Assembly (NCBI RefSeq): GCF_006345805.1
Contig: NC_043007.1
Location: 60,636,001-60,700,000 of the forward strand
DNA length: 64,000 bases
Origin: Octopus sinensis
Taxonomy: Eukaryota
Direction: 5' to 3'
Positions 63,420-64,000 of this stretch are shown in pieces. Made by a program: the position numbers and the translations under genes. The stretch's first letter is position 1. The number at the start of each line of letters is the position of its first letter. The notes below the pieces were generated by a model that did not search any database, was not told the origin of the DNA, and saw nothing but the letters and a program-made list of their open reading frames with translations.

Positions 63420-63770
63420 CATGGCTGTGTGGTGAGAAGTTTACTTCCCAACCATGATTCCAGGTTCAGTCCCAATTCATGGCACCTTGGGTGTCTTCTG
63501 CTATAGCCTTGGGCCTTGTGAATGGATTTGATAAGCAGAAACTTAAAGTAACCCATTGTGTTTGCCCCACCTCCTCTCTCTGCTTGAAAACTGGTGTTGG
63601 CACATTTACATCCCAGTAACTTAGTGATTTGGCAAAACAGACCAATAGAATAAGTACCAGGCTTTAAAAAAATAATACTGGGGTTGATTCATTTGACTAA
63701 AAAATTCTTCAAGATGGTGCCCCAGCATGACCGCAGTCTAATGACTGAAACAAGTAAAAGATAAAATATA
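63420..63770 (+). mobile_element. SINE family 3 (GGCTGTGTGGT head). Other copies: about 14405-14825 (-), 18065-18190 (-), 20140-20290 (-), 41125-41400 (-), 55655-55810 (-), 60535-60670 (+), 63962-64000 (+, cut by window edge)
   Basis: Shared head GGCTGTGTGGT(A/G)AGAAG, GTGTCTTCT(G/A)CTATAGCC core and 3' AATAAGTAC...GACTAAA...ATGACTGAAACAAGTAAAAGA. Confidence 0.75.
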
Positions 63771-64000
63771 CCTGCAGATATTTATAATTTATAACAGTTA
63801 CATAGTGTCTAAGTGGATAATAGTTACAAAAGAAAAAAAAAACGGTCTCTTGACTGAACTGGAAGTTGGCTCCTTGTATACTACAGATCTCTGTATCTTT
63901 GATAAAAGTATTAAATCTCAATGTCTCAATCAATTACGCTGTAAATTGGTAGCATATCACAGGAGTGGCTGTGTGGTAAGTAGCTTGCTAACCAACCACA

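Overview
AT-rich, intron- and repeat-rich animal genomic DNA. The SINE, RTE-LINE and microsatellite landscape suggests a cephalopod (octopus-like); that taxon call is inference. Two multi-exon + strand genes were reconstructed by hand from GT/AG sites and reading-phase continuity. (1) The 3' part of a very long coiled-coil gene: at least 10 exons from 76 to 24249, including a 3.4-kb exon, plus a probable last exon at 31405-31467. Its tail carries the NuMA/LIN-5/Mud (NLM) motif and the NuMA SMAFxIxNTPK motif, so it is most likely a NuMA/Mud orthologue. (2) A complete 4-exon DcpS scavenger decapping enzyme gene (41660-56162, 336 aa). The rest is transposon-derived: three RTE-clade LINE families (one with a PHD finger inside the RT), many RTE 3' tails, at least three SINE families, Helitron/Helentron derivatives, hAT, piggyBac, Mutator and Tc1-like MITEs, and a probable Gypsy remnant. 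The most unusual observations are a degenerate ~57-aa repeat in the NuMA-like coil, an RTE capped by an inverted copy of its own 3' end, a 245-bp intron segment copied into a Helitron helicase ORF, an inverted duplication of a Helitron 3' end, a stray copy of an exon start, and a 32-bp minisatellite born inside a SINE. There are no prokaryotic systems (no CRISPR array, rRNA or intact tRNA). All coordinates and counts were read by eye and should be confirmed computationally.
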